Origin: a virus
IMG/VR virus record: IMGVR_UViG_3300033149_002817
Location: 1-64,000 of that record
Length of the DNA stretch: 64,000 bases
Reading direction: 5' to 3' (one strand)
A program made the translations under genes and the position numbers. Of this stretch, positions 55,786-64,000 are shown piece after piece. Under the pieces are notes generated by a model that was not told the DNA's origin, did not search any database, and saw only the letters and a list, made by a program, of their open reading frames with translations. Position 1 is the stretch's first letter; every line of letters starts with the position of its first letter.

Positions 55786-56349
55786 ATGACGCTCATCAAT
55801 GCTCAGCACCTCGCCCCGGCGCTCGGCTTCTTCGAGCCGCAGCGCACGTTCTCGTGGGTGCTGGAGATCGGCCTCGACGATGTTGGGGATCAGATCCTCA
55901 TCATGCAGTCGTTGGAGTCGTTCGGCGCCCCGAAGGAGTCGAACGAGACCATCGAGTTGCACCACGGTAACGAGGTGCGGAAGGTCGCGGGTAAGGTGTC
56001 GTTCGAGGACATCACCCTCGTCCTGAAGGACTTTGTCGACTCCAAAACGGCGCAGGCGGTCGCGAAGTGGAGGAGGCTTGTCTACAACCCCGAGACGGGC
56101 TCCGTCGGTCTCGCACGCGACTACAAGAAGTCCGCCGACCTCATCATGTTTGCACCCGACTTGTCGAGTGCACGTGTCTGGAAGCTCTTCGGCGTGTGGC
56201 CGAAGGATGTCGACTACGGCACGCTTGACATGACGTCATCCGACAAGGTGACGCTCTCGCTCACTCTGAGCATCGACCGGGTTATGCCGGGCTTCGCCAT
56301 CGCCATTCCGGCGGGCATCAATCAGGGGATGTCGCAGCTCCCGATCTGA
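55786..56349 (+). CDS. Tail tube protein (T4 gp19-like)
   Basis: FEPQRTFSWVLEI; IELHHGNEVRKVAGKVSFEDITLVLKD; W.RLVYNPETG..G.A.DYKK; WKLFGVWP..VDYGTLD. Confidence 0.93.
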   Translation: MTLINAQHLAPALGFFEPQRTFSWVLEIGLDDVGDQILIMQSLESFGAPKESNETIELHHGNEVRKVAGKVSFEDITLVLKDFVDSKTAQAVAKWRRLVYNPETGSVGLARDYKKSADLIMFAPDLSSARVWKLFGVWPKDVDYGTLDMTSSDKVTLSLTLSIDRVMPGFAIAIPAGINQGMSQLPI

Positions 56350-56366
56350 TCTACGGTTGGACAATG

Positions 56367-56404
56367 AGCCTACCGCGCCTGTGGCAGGGGATGCGGTAGG
56401 CTTT
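56367..56404 (+). terminator. Terminator-like hairpin after tube gene
   Basis: AGCCTACCGC...GCGGTAGGCT followed by TT. Confidence 0.6.
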
Positions 56405-56423
56405 CGCACAGGAGGAGAGGACA

Positions 56424-57257
56424 GTGCTTGAGCAGCTCCAGGCTATGCAAGCGGACGTGCTGCGGGAGTGGATGCCCGTCACGCTACCGTCTCGTGGGTT
56501 CTACTACGGCGACAAGTGTCCGATGGGCGAGGTGCATATCACCCCGTGGACGACTGCGCAGGAGGAGGCCATTGCGCGACACACGAGCGGGAAGGCAAGT
56601 CTGCTCATCCAGCAGCTCATGACTGGCAACATCAAGCTGGGCGAAGGCGGGTTGGCATACGACGACCTTCTTGTCACGGATCACTTCTATCTGCTGTTTC
56701 AGCTTCGACGTGTCAGTCTCACGTCGCACTACACCATCGAGCGGAATTGCTCGTCGTGCGGGTTCGCGCACAAGATCAGCGTCGACCTCGGCACTGACCT
56801 CCCCATCAAGGATCTCTCCGACGAACCGGTGATAGAGCCGTTCGAGGCGTTTCTTCCGCGTGCGAAGCAGACCGTCACGTTGCAATTTCTGCGCGTCAGG
56901 GACGAAGCGGCCATGAACAACTACGCGGAGCGGAAGCTGCGGGAGGTGACAGAGACAGGTTCTCCGGCGACGCGTTTCCGTCACGCGCGCCGCATCGTTG
57001 CCATCGACGGGAAGGATGAGCCGTTTCAGGAGCGTATGCAGTTCGTGGCAGGCTTACGGATGCTCGATCTGCAGGTCATGGACATGGTGATTGAAGAGCA
57101 CGAGACGGGACTCGTTCCCGAGATGACCAGCACGTGCCCCCGCTGCAACCATGTGGACGAGTGGGGCGTGCCGATGTCGGCGGAGTTCTTTCGTCCTTCA
57201 GCAGATGACATCAGAGCAGAGATCGCAGCTGCTAAGCTCGCTCATGGCGGAGACTGA
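56424..57257 (+). CDS. Tail/baseplate hub assembly chaperone (T4 gp26-like)
   Basis: VTLPSRGFYY; DLLVTD..YLL..LR..S...Y; CSSCG; LPRAKQTV..FLRVRDE; CPRC...VPM.AEFFRP. Confidence 0.85.
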   Translation: MLEQLQAMQADVLREWMPVTLPSRGFYYGDKCPMGEVHITPWTTAQEEAIARHTSGKASLLIQQLMTGNIKLGEGGLAYDDLLVTDHFYLLFQLRRVSLTSHYTIERNCSSCGFAHKISVDLGTDLPIKDLSDEPVIEPFEAFLPRAKQTVTLQFLRVRDEAAMNNYAERKLREVTETGSPATRFRHARRIVAIDGKDEPFQERMQFVAGLRMLDLQVMDMVIEEHETGLVPEMTSTCPRCNHVDEWGVPMSAEFFRPSADDIRAEIAAAKLAHGGD

Positions 57258-57396
57258 TTTTCTCGTAGGCGAAGGTTACAGCTTCACCGAGGTCATGCTC
57301 ATGTCGTCGTCACGACGACGCCGGATCTGTCAGGCGAAAATTGAGCGCGCTCGTAAGCGTGACGAGCAGATAAAGCACCAGCGAAAGGGCCGATAA
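57205..57396 (+). CDS. Small tail chaperone partner (gp51-like), overlapping in +1 frame; start uncertain
   Basis: FLVGEGYSFTEVMLMSSSRRRRI pattern; located between chaperone and tape measure; TAATG coupling to tape measure. Confidence 0.65.
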   Translation: MTSEQRSQLLSSLMAETDFLVGEGYSFTEVMLMSSSRRRRICQAKIERARKRDEQIKHQRKGR

Positions 57397-59189
57397 TGGG
57401 TGCTGAAGTCGGCGGCTTCAACTTCGTCATCGGTGCGGACATCGAAGAGTTCCGCAAAGGGATTCAGCAGGTCCAGAAGGCGATGAACGGGCTGGCGGGC
57501 CTTGCCGCGAAGCTGACCGAGGACTTCGCGAAAGCAGCTGGAGGTGACGCCCCGGCCAAAGGCTCGGGTGGCGGCAAGAAGAAAAAAGGGAAGTCGACGG
57601 GCGGCCTCATCGGGGCGTGGTTTGGTGATATCGGCGCCAAAGCGCTCGCAGAGGAGACGATCCCGGGGCTGGGCAAGGCGCTAACTGGCCTTCGTTCACC
57701 GATCGTCGGGCTTGGCATGGTAGCCGTCGCGATGACGCGCGAGTGGATGGCGTTCCACAACGAAACCGACAAGTTCCGTCGCTCCGTTGGCATGACACGC
57801 GAGGAGATGTTCGAGACGCAGCAGGACTTGCTCGACGTGTCCATGCGCTATGGCACCAGCGTCAGCAAGCTCGCGAGCATCTTCACGTTCGTTGCTACAG
57901 GTGCAGCGCGCTCCTCCAAAGAGATGGCAAAGATGGCGGGGCACTTCGCGGAGCTGGAGAAAGCCACCGGATCGTCACAGAAGACCATCGTCGACTTCGG
58001 CCTTGCGCTGCGGCAGTCGCTGGAGATGTCTGAGGATCAGGCGAGAGCAACTGAGCTTGCGATCATCCGGTACTCGGGCATGTCGATGATGACTGACGAG
58101 GCGGCTCGCCAGTCAGCTACCGAGTTCATCGGCCAGACGAAGCAGTTCGGAGCAGACAAGCGGAGAAAGCTGTTCGAGCAGTACATCGCGCTCACTCACG
58201 CGGGTAAGCAACTCGGCGGGAAGGAGGAGAGTGAAGCGCTTGGCGCTGCTGCTATTGCTATGTTGACGAAGTCCGGTGGGCTCACTGGCTTGGAGGTTCT
58301 TGAAAAACACGCGTTTGACTTGCAGAAGGCTCTTGAGCCGGTGTTCCTGCGGTTGGATGAAGCTGATAAGGCAGGTAAGGAGCTTGTCTTCGGTGAAATA
58401 GCGCGCGGAGCTGGAATGGAGGGCTTTGCGCGTCAGGCGCTGGAGGGTTGGAGGAAGATCAACGCGGGCATCAACGAGGGTACGAGTGCCCTTCAGAAGT
58501 ACAAGAAGGCGCTCGTAGACACGCAGGGTATGACACCTGAGCAGGTACAGCAGGCGCTCGAAGGCATGAAAGGCCCGTGGCAGAAGGTGGACGACTCTAT
58601 TGGTCGCATCAAGGGCCTCCTGTTCGACATCGTGACTGGACCTCTTCTGCCTGCGATCGAGGGTACGTTCAAGCTCGTTGAGACTGCGCTCTCTGGTATT
58701 CTCAAGCTTGCGGCCTGGTTCAAGGGATCAGACAAAGCGGACGCTGAGACTACGCGCAAGGCTACGCAGGCGAAGCAGTGGAAATCGGGTATCGCTGGTG
58801 AGGTTCAGGTGATCGACGCGCTCATGGAACAGATGCAGGGGCGGTGGGGTGGCCCCTCCGACAAGATGGTGACCGACGCGTTCGCGGACGTGCGACGGGA
58901 TACGGTGCTTACGGCGGGCGACCCGTTCATGACGGGAACGAACGAAATGACGTCGCAGTTCGCTGGTGGTTTTGAGGAGACACCTCTCGAAGCTTTCCCT
59001 TCGTACAACCCTGCCGCTTACAAGCGGGGTACCGAAAGCACGATGCTTCACGCGTACGAGTCCAAGGCGCGAGCGAAAGAAGTCACGAGCGCTATGGATC
59101 GGTTGACGGCAGCGCTCAATGAGGCGAATGCGGTCGATCGTGCTCGCGTGCGGCACGACGAAACTACAGCTGTACTCGGGGGACCGTAG
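57396..59189 (+). CDS. Tape measure protein
   Basis: Helical A/G/K-rich; N-terminal FVIGADIEEFRKGI; position after chaperones; 597 aa, comparable to T4 gp29. Confidence 0.8.
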   Translation: MGAEVGGFNFVIGADIEEFRKGIQQVQKAMNGLAGLAAKLTEDFAKAAGGDAPAKGSGGGKKKKGKSTGGLIGAWFGDIGAKALAEETIPGLGKALTGLRSPIVGLGMVAVAMTREWMAFHNETDKFRRSVGMTREEMFETQQDLLDVSMRYGTSVSKLASIFTFVATGAARSSKEMAKMAGHFAELEKATGSSQKTIVDFGLALRQSLEMSEDQARATELAIIRYSGMSMMTDEAARQSATEFIGQTKQFGADKRRKLFEQYIALTHAGKQLGGKEESEALGAAAIAMLTKSGGLTGLEVLEKHAFDLQKALEPVFLRLDEADKAGKELVFGEIARGAGMEGFARQALEGWRKINAGINEGTSALQKYKKALVDTQGMTPEQVQQALEGMKGPWQKVDDSIGRIKGLLFDIVTGPLLPAIEGTFKLVETALSGILKLAAWFKGSDKADAETTRKATQAKQWKSGIAGEVQVIDALMEQMQGRWGGPSDKMVTDAFADVRRDTVLTAGDPFMTGTNEMTSQFAGGFEETPLEAFPSYNPAAYKRGTESTMLHAYESKARAKEVTSAMDRLTAALNEANAVDRARVRHDETTAVLGGP

Positions 59190-59190
59190 C

Positions 59191-59973
59191 GTGAAGCACC
59201 TCGACCGTACTCGGTTCCGTATCAGCCTTGAGCCGGAGTCGCTCATCGCGAGGAACAAGTACGACGCGCGTCTGTTTCTCGCGTTCCCCGAGCTACCGGA
59301 GACGATGAGCATCGCCAAGTCGGTGAACTACGCGGACGAGGTCATTCCGGGCTGGTCTGAGCCGCTCGTCGGATGGTCGAGCTGCGCGGCGACGACCATC
59401 GACTTCACGGTCAAGTTCGTCGCTACAGGTGAGAATACACCGAAGAAGAAACAGGTCAGCCCGCCCGGATCGTTTGAGACAACGGCGGCAGAAGACGTGG
59501 GGCAGGGTGTACTCGATGCTCTGCAGAACTTCCCTCTTGCCGTCCCGATGGTGGGGCAGGACGGCTACCCCTACGACAACACGCAGCCGCTCAGCGATCT
59601 GTCTGCAGTCGTTATCGACGAGGTGCTGACGAAGGCAGAGTGGCTGCTGGCGCTCACGCACCCACAGTATGACAACTCTGGAAAGCCATTCCCGCCGCCG
59701 ATCGTCTGGCTGGAGTACGGGCAGAACTTCCGGCGTCGTGGCGTCCTCAAGAGTGTAACCCTTACGCTGCAAGGCCCCTGGCATCCCGTGACGCTGCTAT
59801 GTCAGCGCATCGACGCTGCTGTGTCGTTTCAGGAGATCAACCGCGGCCCGGTTGGTTACAGCAACGTCAGGCGGGGCATTCATTACCCTGAGTCTAATCT
59901 CAACCAGTCCATCTATGCCGCGTCGCGCCCGAACAAGGACATTTTGGCACTGGCACGGTACAGTCAGGGGTAG
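59191..59973 (+). CDS. Tail tube initiator/baseplate protein
   Basis: F..LPE..S..KSVNY.D..IPG.SEP...W; LALTHPQYD...PPPIVWLEYG...RGVLKSVT; starts right after the tape measure stop. Confidence 0.7.
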   Translation: MKHLDRTRFRISLEPESLIARNKYDARLFLAFPELPETMSIAKSVNYADEVIPGWSEPLVGWSSCAATTIDFTVKFVATGENTPKKKQVSPPGSFETTAAEDVGQGVLDALQNFPLAVPMVGQDGYPYDNTQPLSDLSAVVIDEVLTKAEWLLALTHPQYDNSGKPFPPPIVWLEYGQNFRRRGVLKSVTLTLQGPWHPVTLLCQRIDAAVSFQEINRGPVGYSNVRRGIHYPESNLNQSIYAASRPNKDILALARYSQG

Positions 59974-59976
59974 TGC

Positions 59977-60351
59977 ATGGCAACATCGGACGCTACGACG
60001 GTCCGCGTCTCACCGAGGTCGCGGCACCGCTCGACTCCGCTCTTTTTGGAGCGCTACGACGTTTCATCGGGAAGCACTACCGAAACACGCTCTCGTACTT
60101 TTTACGGTACGTGGGAGCCTCCGACGGTGTTCGAGACGCGACAGCCAACTCTCTGGAAGGTGGAGGCGGACGAGGCGGGGCGACCGGACCTGCTCGCGTA
60201 TCGGCTCTACAAGGACTCCACGCTGTGGTGGGCGATCTGCATCCGCAACAACCTCTTCTTCCCTCTCATCGATCTCCGTGCAGGCATGACTGTCATCTGT
60301 CCGCATGTTGAGGATGTCATTGCGGGGCTCAACTCGGCAAAGCGCACATGA
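59977..60351 (+). CDS. LysM-like baseplate wedge protein (gp53/gpX-like)
   Basis: GRPDLLAYRLYKDSTLWWAICIRNN...P..DLRAGMTVICP. Confidence 0.85.
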   Translation: MATSDATTVRVSPRSRHRSTPLFLERYDVSSGSTTETRSRTFYGTWEPPTVFETRQPTLWKVEADEAGRPDLLAYRLYKDSTLWWAICIRNNLFFPLIDLRAGMTVICPHVEDVIAGLNSAKRT

Positions 60352-61739
60352 CCGATCGTACAATCGACGTTGGAAACCTGCGCTATCCCTTCGTGGAGCT
60401 GCACGCAGAGACAGGCGACCGGAAGCGTGTACCGATCACGGTCGTGAACACTGCCGAAGAGGCGTTCGCGCAGAACACGCCGAACAAGCTCGCCGTGGCG
60501 GTAGTGGACTTCTCATACACGACGGTGACGGGCGGCGCTGGCAGCACGATTTCCATGCGTGTTATTGACCCGTCATTCGACGGTTTGGAAACTCATTTCC
60601 TTCAAGCTGCAGGTATGCCTGTAGTGTGGTTCCGCTACGGTTGGCGGTTCAGCGACGGCACAGAGATGGCGTCTGAGCTGGCTCCGATGCGGGTCACGAA
60701 CTGGGAAGGCGAGTTCATTGGTAACGCGACCTTTACGGCGGCGGCGCTCACCATCACCGCAATGGACGACTCGGCGCTGCTGGGTTCGCAAGCGACGCAA
60801 ATCGGGCTGAAGTCTACCGACAGCATTACTGCTGGCATCTCTGACATCGTGAACGCAGCAAAGGGGGCAACGGCCGGCAAGAAGCTTGTCGTCGAGGTGC
60901 GCGCACCCACGACGACAACGATGACCGACGCTCTCAACAAGGCGCACGGCCGCACGCCGATCCGCTACATCAGGGATCTTCTCGCATATGCGTCAACAGA
61001 CGAGCTGTTCTTGACCTACTACATGGAGTACAAGGACGGTGCTTGGCATCTGGTCATAGACGCGGTGAAGCCGACAGCCAAGCCGCAACGCGTCTACGTG
61101 TTCTCTCGTGATCGTCAGGGAGAGATGCTGAACTTCCGCCCGAAATACAGCGGACTCCTCATTCGCGGGATTGGGGGCGGGCAGGTGGACAGCGTAGCGA
61201 CGGACTCATCTACGCTGACGGCAACGCCGAAGTCGTCTTCTGCCTCAACTGACGACGATCCGGCACATGGGAACTACTTCCCGCGCGACGACGAGATCGG
61301 CGCTCCGTCACGCATCGTCGCGCTCGCATCCCGGGAGCAGCAGCTCATAGACGCATACATTCGGTCCCGGAGGCGTCGGGCCGACTTGGCGACGTACCCG
61401 GCGACGGCGGACATCGTCGGCGACCCGTTCATTCGTCCTATACGCAACGTGCTGGTCATCGTCTCCAAGGGGGCGCATGCGCTTCAGGCGGCGCAGGATC
61501 TGTTCCGCGAGGGCGACTACCATCACAGCACCGGGCTCTACACCGTCATGCAGATAACCCATTCGATCACGCCGGGCGTCTACCGCACGCAGCTGAACCT
61601 GCAGAGGGGCTCAACCAACGTCGGCGGGATCAAGGCTAAGGTGACGTCAGGAGATGGACCGAAGGGCTGGGTGCGAGAGAGAACAGCGAAGACGGAGAGC
61701 GAAGTGGAACGCGGTGTGAAGTCTGTGGGGGCGGACTGA
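60348..61739 (+). CDS. Baseplate hub protein (gp27/gpD-like)
   Basis: VWFRYGW; ATADIVGDPFIRP; TGLYTVMQITHSITPGVYRTQLNL; position before the spike gene. Confidence 0.75.
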   Translation: MTDRTIDVGNLRYPFVELHAETGDRKRVPITVVNTAEEAFAQNTPNKLAVAVVDFSYTTVTGGAGSTISMRVIDPSFDGLETHFLQAAGMPVVWFRYGWRFSDGTEMASELAPMRVTNWEGEFIGNATFTAAALTITAMDDSALLGSQATQIGLKSTDSITAGISDIVNAAKGATAGKKLVVEVRAPTTTTMTDALNKAHGRTPIRYIRDLLAYASTDELFLTYYMEYKDGAWHLVIDAVKPTAKPQRVYVFSRDRQGEMLNFRPKYSGLLIRGIGGGQVDSVATDSSTLTATPKSSSASTDDDPAHGNYFPRDDEIGAPSRIVALASREQQLIDAYIRSRRRRADLATYPATADIVGDPFIRPIRNVLVIVSKGAHALQAAQDLFREGDYHHSTGLYTVMQITHSITPGVYRTQLNLQRGSTNVGGIKAKVTSGDGPKGWVRERTAKTESEVERGVKSVGAD

Positions 61740-62782
61740 TGGAACCTCTCATGAAGCGGCTGCTGGAAGACGGCCCGGGGAGTCAGACGAGCTTCGGACT
61801 CTTCCGCGGCGACGTCATACGCAACGACGACCCGGAGAAGCGTGCTCGTGTGCAGGTGCGTATCGTCCAGGTTCACGGTGACGGGCTCGACCCGAGTCAG
61901 ACGGTGGCGTCTGACCGCCTGCCGTGGGCGGAGCCATGCTTCCCGATGTCAGGGTTCGCCGACGGCGGGGTCTACTTCGTGCCTCCGGTGCCGTCGACGT
62001 TGTGGTGTGCCTTCGAGAACGGAGACCCGCATCGCCCGGTCTACCTCGGTGGGTGGTGGAAGAACGACGAACCTCCGGCAGAGGTGACGGACCCGGACGA
62101 GCAGCGCGTCATCAAGACTCCGGCCGGGCATGTCCTGCTCTTCGACGACGCGCCTGACGGGATCATCCGCCTCTCGCACGAGGACGGGGACCGTGAGATC
62201 ATCCTCGACGGGAACACCGGCACGACGACGATCAAGAACAAGTCGGGACAGACAATCGTCCTGAACGAAACAGCACAGTCCGTCACCGTTACGAACGGAA
62301 CACAGGTCATCACGCTTGACGGCGCGTCAGGTACGATCAACATTCAGAACGGCGCGACGCAATCCGCGACGATGAACGAGACGGCGCAGACGATCAACAT
62401 CCAGAACGGACCGTTGCAGACCGTGCTCATGAACGCGCTGCTCTCGCAGGTCGTACTGACGAACGGTGTGCTTCAGGTGCTCACGCTCGACGGGCTCCTG
62501 CAGACGACGCTGCTCATCAATGGTCTCGTGCAGGTGCTCACGAACGGTATCCTCGGCAAGGTGCAGATTAACACGCTGACGGTGGACGGGATCGAGCTTG
62601 GAACCGGGGCGGCGGCGGAGACATACGGAATCGTCGTTGGGGCGTTCAAGACGCTGTTCGATGGGCATACGCACGCGAAACCTGCGGGGTGTGCTGGTGG
62701 TGCGGCTACAGGTCCACCAGCTGCTGGAATGGTTGTAGGCACGGACATTTCGACCATCGTCAAGGCGAAGGCGATGCCGTAG
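61739..62782 (+). CDS. Baseplate central spike (gp5/gpV-like: OB fold + beta-helix + HxH tip)
   Basis: FRGDVIRNDDPEKRARVQVRI, LPWAEPCFP, VPPV...W..FENGD..RPVYLG, KTPAGHVLLFDD; beta repeats; FDGHTH. Confidence 0.92.
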   Translation: MEPLMKRLLEDGPGSQTSFGLFRGDVIRNDDPEKRARVQVRIVQVHGDGLDPSQTVASDRLPWAEPCFPMSGFADGGVYFVPPVPSTLWCAFENGDPHRPVYLGGWWKNDEPPAEVTDPDEQRVIKTPAGHVLLFDDAPDGIIRLSHEDGDREIILDGNTGTTTIKNKSGQTIVLNETAQSVTVTNGTQVITLDGASGTINIQNGATQSATMNETAQTINIQNGPLQTVLMNALLSQVVLTNGVLQVLTLDGLLQTTLLINGLVQVLTNGILGKVQINTLTVDGIELGTGAAAETYGIVVGAFKTLFDGHTHAKPAGCAGGAATGPPAAGMVVGTDISTIVKAKAMP

Positions 62783-62791
62783 GGGGCAGAC

Positions 62792-63178
62792 ATGCCGTTC
62801 GTACGGGGTTCGCAGTCGCGCGGGTGCGCTTTCCCTATCATCAAGGGGCGGGAGGGCTACTGGCCGCGTCGGAACAGCGCGGCGCTCCGGCGGTCGAGCA
62901 TCATGATGATCCTCGGCACGTACCCCGGCGAGCGGGTCGGAGAGCCCGAGTTTGGTTCGCGCCTGCCTGAGCTTCTGTTCGAGCAGAATGATGCCCGCGC
63001 GATGGAGCTGGCTCGGCGGTACACTGTAGAGGCTATACAGCGGTGGGATCCGCTCGTCGGCATCGTCGGGGTGGTTGCGGAGCGTAGAGATTACGCCTTG
63101 CGCATCTACATCGACTACATCGACCGGGCTGACGAGAACACGAACGTCCGCCGTGCGACGTTCACTGTGCGGAAGTAG
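62792..63178 (+). CDS. Baseplate wedge/sheath initiator (T4 gp25-like)
   Basis: SIMMILGTYPGERVGEPEFGSRLPELLFEQND...AIQRWDP. Confidence 0.93.
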   Translation: MPFVRGSQSRGCAFPIIKGREGYWPRRNSAALRRSSIMMILGTYPGERVGEPEFGSRLPELLFEQNDARAMELARRYTVEAIQRWDPLVGIVGVVAERRDYALRIYIDYIDRADENTNVRRATFTVRK

Positions 63179-63878
63179 GGGCAGGGACATGCTTCCAGGT
63201 GCGACCTGTGACGGCCGCGTAGACCGTGCCGGTGGAGACACCGTAGCGCTCGGAGAGCTGCCGTACGGGTACACCGTCAGCATGGCAGGCGCGCATCTCT
63301 GCGACGAGGAAGTCGGTGAGCTTGGCGACGGCGGAGCGGGTGCCGGCGGGACCGCCCGGCATCGGGACCGGGCCGGGCAGATGCTTCCAGGTCTTGCCGA
63401 CGATGGCACAGTGGATGGCATCCTTGGAGACGTCGTAGCGCTTGGCGAGTTCGGGGAGCTGAGCGCCGGAGCGGAAGGCGTCGCGGGCAGCGAGAACGTC
63501 GGTAGCGGTGAGCTTCGCGCTCCCGTTGTGGGAGCCGACGTTGCGATGTGGACTCATCCTCGCAGCATGCTCCGCGTTCTCTTTGCGCGTGCAGTATTCG
63601 AGATTGTCGAGATGGTTGTTGAACGGCCGTCCGTCCCGATGGTTCACTTCGCGCCCGTCCGGTCGTGGACCGACGAACGCCTCCATCACGAGATGGTGGA
63701 CGAGCGCCTTGCGCTTCTTTCCTTGGTAGCACAGTGTGACCCTTCGGTACCCGCTGATATCCTCCAGCTTCAGGAGATCACGTCGCGTGCCGTTGGCGCG
63801 CGCGTCGCGGCGTACGCGACCGTGATCGGAAATAGAGTAGGCACCTTCCCATCCAGGGACGTTCTTCCAATTCTCCAC
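63162..63878 (-). CDS. Free-standing NUMOD4-HNH homing endonuclease with two C-terminal HTH repeats
   Basis: ENWKNVPGWEGAYSISDHGRVR (NUMOD4); VHHLVMEAFVGPRP...VNHRDG..NNHLDNLEYCTRKENAEH (HNH); AKLT...LA.RY.VS...GKTWKH twice; GGAGG RBS on - strand. Confidence 0.93.
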   Translation of the reverse strand: MENWKNVPGWEGAYSISDHGRVRRDARANGTRRDLLKLEDISGYRRVTLCYQGKKRKALVHHLVMEAFVGPRPDGREVNHRDGRPFNNHLDNLEYCTRKENAEHAARMSPHRNVGSHNGSAKLTATDVLAARDAFRSGAQLPELAKRYDVSKDAIHCAIVGKTWKHLPGPVPMPGGPAGTRSAVAKLTDFLVAEMRACHADGVPVRQLSERYGVSTGTVYAAVTGRTWKHVPAPTSAQ

Positions 63879-63926
63879 GAGTACCTCCGTTTCTGGTATA
63901 CTCCATTCTGCGTGAAGGTGTAGCTC

Positions 63927-64000
63927 ATGTCAAGCACGCTGCCGCCAATAGATTACACAGCCAGAAGTTACGCTGAGATCAAGGCAGCCCTCGAACGCCA
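63927..64000 (+). CDS. Baseplate wedge protein (gp6/gpJ-like), 5' end only
   Basis: MSSTLPPIDYTARSYAEIKAALER matches the IDYT.RDF..I...L start; expected after gp25. Confidence 0.7.
   Translation, partial: MSSTLPPIDYTARSYAEIKAALER

Noticed and set aside
63075-63923. 282-aa + strand ORF, and similarly 54893-55645
   Set aside because: These are alternative frames overlapping the motif-supported HNH and GIY-YIG genes.

Overview
This window is a segment of a large, GC-rich (roughly 60-65% by eye) tailed dsDNA phage genome with T4-like myovirus morphogenesis genes, almost all on the + strand. In order it holds a partial thymidine kinase and a block of very large modular proteins (1222, 828 and 2164 aa), interrupted by a small island of sigma70-type-promoter genes that includes a sigma region-4 protein. 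Next come head accessory genes, a prohead protease fused to a long extension, a gp23-like major capsid protein, neck proteins and putative fibre/decoration proteins. The latter include an M14 peptidase-Kelch fusion and a five-gene mosaic paralogue array. The window ends with tail terminator, sheath, tube, chaperone pair, tape measure and baseplate genes (gp53-, hub-, gp5-, gp25- and gp6-like), plus two free-standing homing endonucleases. The main unexplained pattern is that the large proteins are strings of effector-like domains: HicA RNase, zeta-like P-loop kinase, three HEXXH zincins, ParB/Srx-like, Nudix and Zn ribbons. Their boundaries are marked by hydrophobic-x-Glu motifs matching T4 gp21-type prohead protease specificity. 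One E-bounded module is shared with the protease itself, and several small ORFs share short leaders ending in LxE. I infer a capsid-packaged, protease-released cargo system. All annotations come from reading motifs by eye; no searches were run. No portal, terminase, tRNA, rRNA or CRISPR array was seen.
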